This document shows positions 62,602-64,000 of a stretch of DNA of 64,000 nt, piece after piece. The stretch is taken from assembly GCA_013289835.1 (NCBI GenBank), contig JABCZG010000027.1:951-64950 (forward strand). Direction: 5' to 3'. Position numbers and translations under genes: made by a program. The notes beneath the pieces are model-generated. The model saw only the letters and a program-made list of their open reading frames with translations, ran no database searches and was not told the origin of the DNA. The stretch's first letter is position 1, and each line of letters opens with the position of its first letter. The DNA comes from Acidobacteriota bacterium. GTDB taxonomy: Bacteria; Acidobacteriota; Terriglobia; Acidiferrales; UBA7541.

Positions 62602-62976
62602 TCATAATTGCCCGTCCCGTAAGGCGCGCAACACCTCGGGGGGTAATTGAGTTGGGGGCGCGGTCGCGAGAAGCAGTTTTTCAAATTGGCGCGCCGGGTC
62701 CAGCCGCGATTGAACGGCGCTTTTCGTTTTGAGGGTTACGGTCCCTCCATAGGCGAGCCATTCCCGACCGCCCGGATCGCGGAGAAACGCGCCGCGATAG
62801 CCCAGAGCGGGAGGGGCAGGCAAGTCTTCAACTGAGGGCTGAAGGCCCGCCCATAGGCTTTCCAATTCCCCGGCCGCCTGACCGGCAACGCTCCAGGTTG
62901 GGTCGGGGCGCCCGGAAAAGATGAGCGCGCCGCCGATCCATGAAGCCGTCTTCTTATCTGATTTTGATGTGGCCAT
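62602..62976 (-). CDS. Hypothetical protein, paralog of the N-terminal domain of the upstream gene product
   Basis: 124 aa. ALIFSGRPDPTWSV...LGYRGAFL parallels DIFSGRPNPVIEV...LGYRGLLI of ORF 62954-63829. Its ATG overlaps the upstream gene's end by 23 nt. Confidence 0.5.
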   Translation of the reverse strand: MATSKSDKKTASWIGGALIFSGRPDPTWSVAGQAAGELESLWAGLQPSVEDLPAPPALGYRGAFLRDPGGREWLAYGGTVTLKTKSAVQSRLDPARQFEKLLLATAPPTQLPPEVLRALRDGQL

Positions 62977-63829
62977 GCATGACCACCATGAACGTGCAAA
63001 AGGTAGTGTAGGGGCTGCGGTTGGCAGTGCGCGGATCGGGGATCAGGTGATTGCTGTTATCCACGTTTCTCACGGGAGTGCCGCCCGGCTTATGGCTCCA
63101 AAAACCATTCCGCCCTTTCCGGAACCAGTGAAAGTCAACGCCAGGCCAGATAACCAAGGCAACGAGATGCCCCTCTTTGGGGCACTTGTTGTTGGCGCCC
63201 GGTGTGCTGATCAGGTCGTCTTTCACTGCGGCCGGACCTACGGATGCACAATTAAGCGCGGTGTACATGGAACCCGCGGCCAGGCCGGGCTGAGCGAAAG
63301 TGTCCGTCCTGTAATTTGTCGCATAATTGTAGCAATTATTGAAGGGCTGACGTTGCGGCACATTCCACCAGGCGGGCTCGTAGAGCGGGCCGCACTCACA
63401 ATGATGATGATGCCGCCGCTTGTGGCGCTCTTTGTCTTTGTCTTCGGCGCGTTCCTTTTTAGATCGCGCGACTTCTTTCCGAAACATCTCGGTGAAGCCC
63501 GGTCCAAGCGAAAGCCCCCGAAGAAGACCGGCATCTCCAGAGATGAAATCCTCGAAGTGTTCGTCCTCGGCGCGGCGCGAAAAACGAGAGCCAAAGAGAT
63601 TGCCGTGCAAATATCGAAAGCTGCGTGGCAAGCCGGCCGACACAGCACCGATTTGTTCGATTAGCAATCCGCGATAGCCAAGAATCAGATCAGGTTCTGA
63701 TGCTCCCCGCCCCGCCAACTTGCGGCTAGGCCGCAGCCGACCCAAGATCTCGTCAGCCTCGGGGCCCTGCACCTCGATAACGGGATTGGGGCGTCCGCTG
63801 AAGATGTCAACCGTGATTCGAAGTGCCAC
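62954..63829 (-). CDS. Hypothetical two-domain protein: small N-domain, charged His-rich linker, Cys/His hydrolase-like C-domain
   Basis: 291 aa with no signal peptide. The linker is KKERAEDKDKERHKRRHHHH. The C-domain has QPFNNCYNYATN (candidate nucleophile Cys) and GHLVALVIWPGVDFHWFRKGRNGFWSHKPG (candidate His). This order recalls papain-fold/NlpC-P60-type hydrolases; the family is not identified. Confidence 0.55.
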   Translation of the reverse strand: MALRITVDIFSGRPNPVIEVQGPEADEILGRLRPSRKLAGRGASEPDLILGYRGLLIEQIGAVSAGLPRSFRYLHGNLFGSRFSRRAEDEHFEDFISGDAGLLRGLSLGPGFTEMFRKEVARSKKERAEDKDKERHKRRHHHHCECGPLYEPAWWNVPQRQPFNNCYNYATNYRTDTFAQPGLAAGSMYTALNCASVGPAAVKDDLISTPGANNKCPKEGHLVALVIWPGVDFHWFRKGRNGFWSHKPGGTPVRNVDNSNHLIPDPRTANRSPYTTFCTFMVVMHGHIKIR

Positions 63830-64000
63830 GACAGGCCTCCTTCCGGCTAATCAAGAGAGTCCGCTTTGGACCTCGTGAACGTGAAAGAATTGAACCACCA
63901 AGTCCTTGACGGAATAGTGGCTGGGATGAGCAATTCGTTTCACGATTCCTCAGCCAGGTAGGAGTGCAAACTTGAGCCGCCGTTCCGCCGTTTGAGATTC

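Overview
This is a high-G+C bacterial chromosomal window, about 60-66% G+C on spot counts of single 60-nt lines. All domain and family calls rest on motif recognition by eye; no search was run. The gene content looks like Acidobacteriota, which is an inference. It includes two sigma-54/NtrC-type two-component operons, a HAF-repeat protein, a CarboxypepD_reg-fused outer-membrane barrel, a tricorn-like protease, several multiheme cytochromes and dense intergenic repeat families. I call about 55 protein-coding genes, 2 gene remnants, 5 intrinsic terminators and several repeat families. I saw no rRNA, tRNA, CRISPR array or intact mobile element. Most long ORFs antisense to these genes are GC-driven shadow ORFs. 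Candidates for something new, most interesting first: (1) A five-gene operon at 35415-42075 plus a divergent cytochrome. It encodes a fused NuoE/NuoF flavoprotein, an FeS protein with two cyclic-nucleotide-binding domains, a 5-TM protein with paired histidines 14 positions apart in two helices, and a membrane-anchored decaheme cytochrome. This may be a nucleotide-gated NAD(P)H-to-periplasm electron conduit. (2) An operon at 49103-56198 encoding an outer-membrane barrel, a 1281-aa multiheme cytochrome fused to LVIVD repeats, and a Tat-signal CE4 deacetylase. (3) A 400-550-nt repeat in two inverted copies (30371-31010 and 61921-62370). Each copy starts with a near-consensus sigma-70 promoter that fires into the repeat and toward an unrelated downstream gene. 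(4) Tandem arrays of REP-like hairpins with a GTAG head (26329-27246). Their stems show compensatory changes, and one array lies between a small membrane ORF and an SPFH gene. (5) A lower-G+C three-gene island of unknown function (27990-30320) bracketed by those repeats. (6) A two-gene pair (62602-63829) whose products share a small N-terminal domain; the longer one adds a Cys/His hydrolase-like domain.
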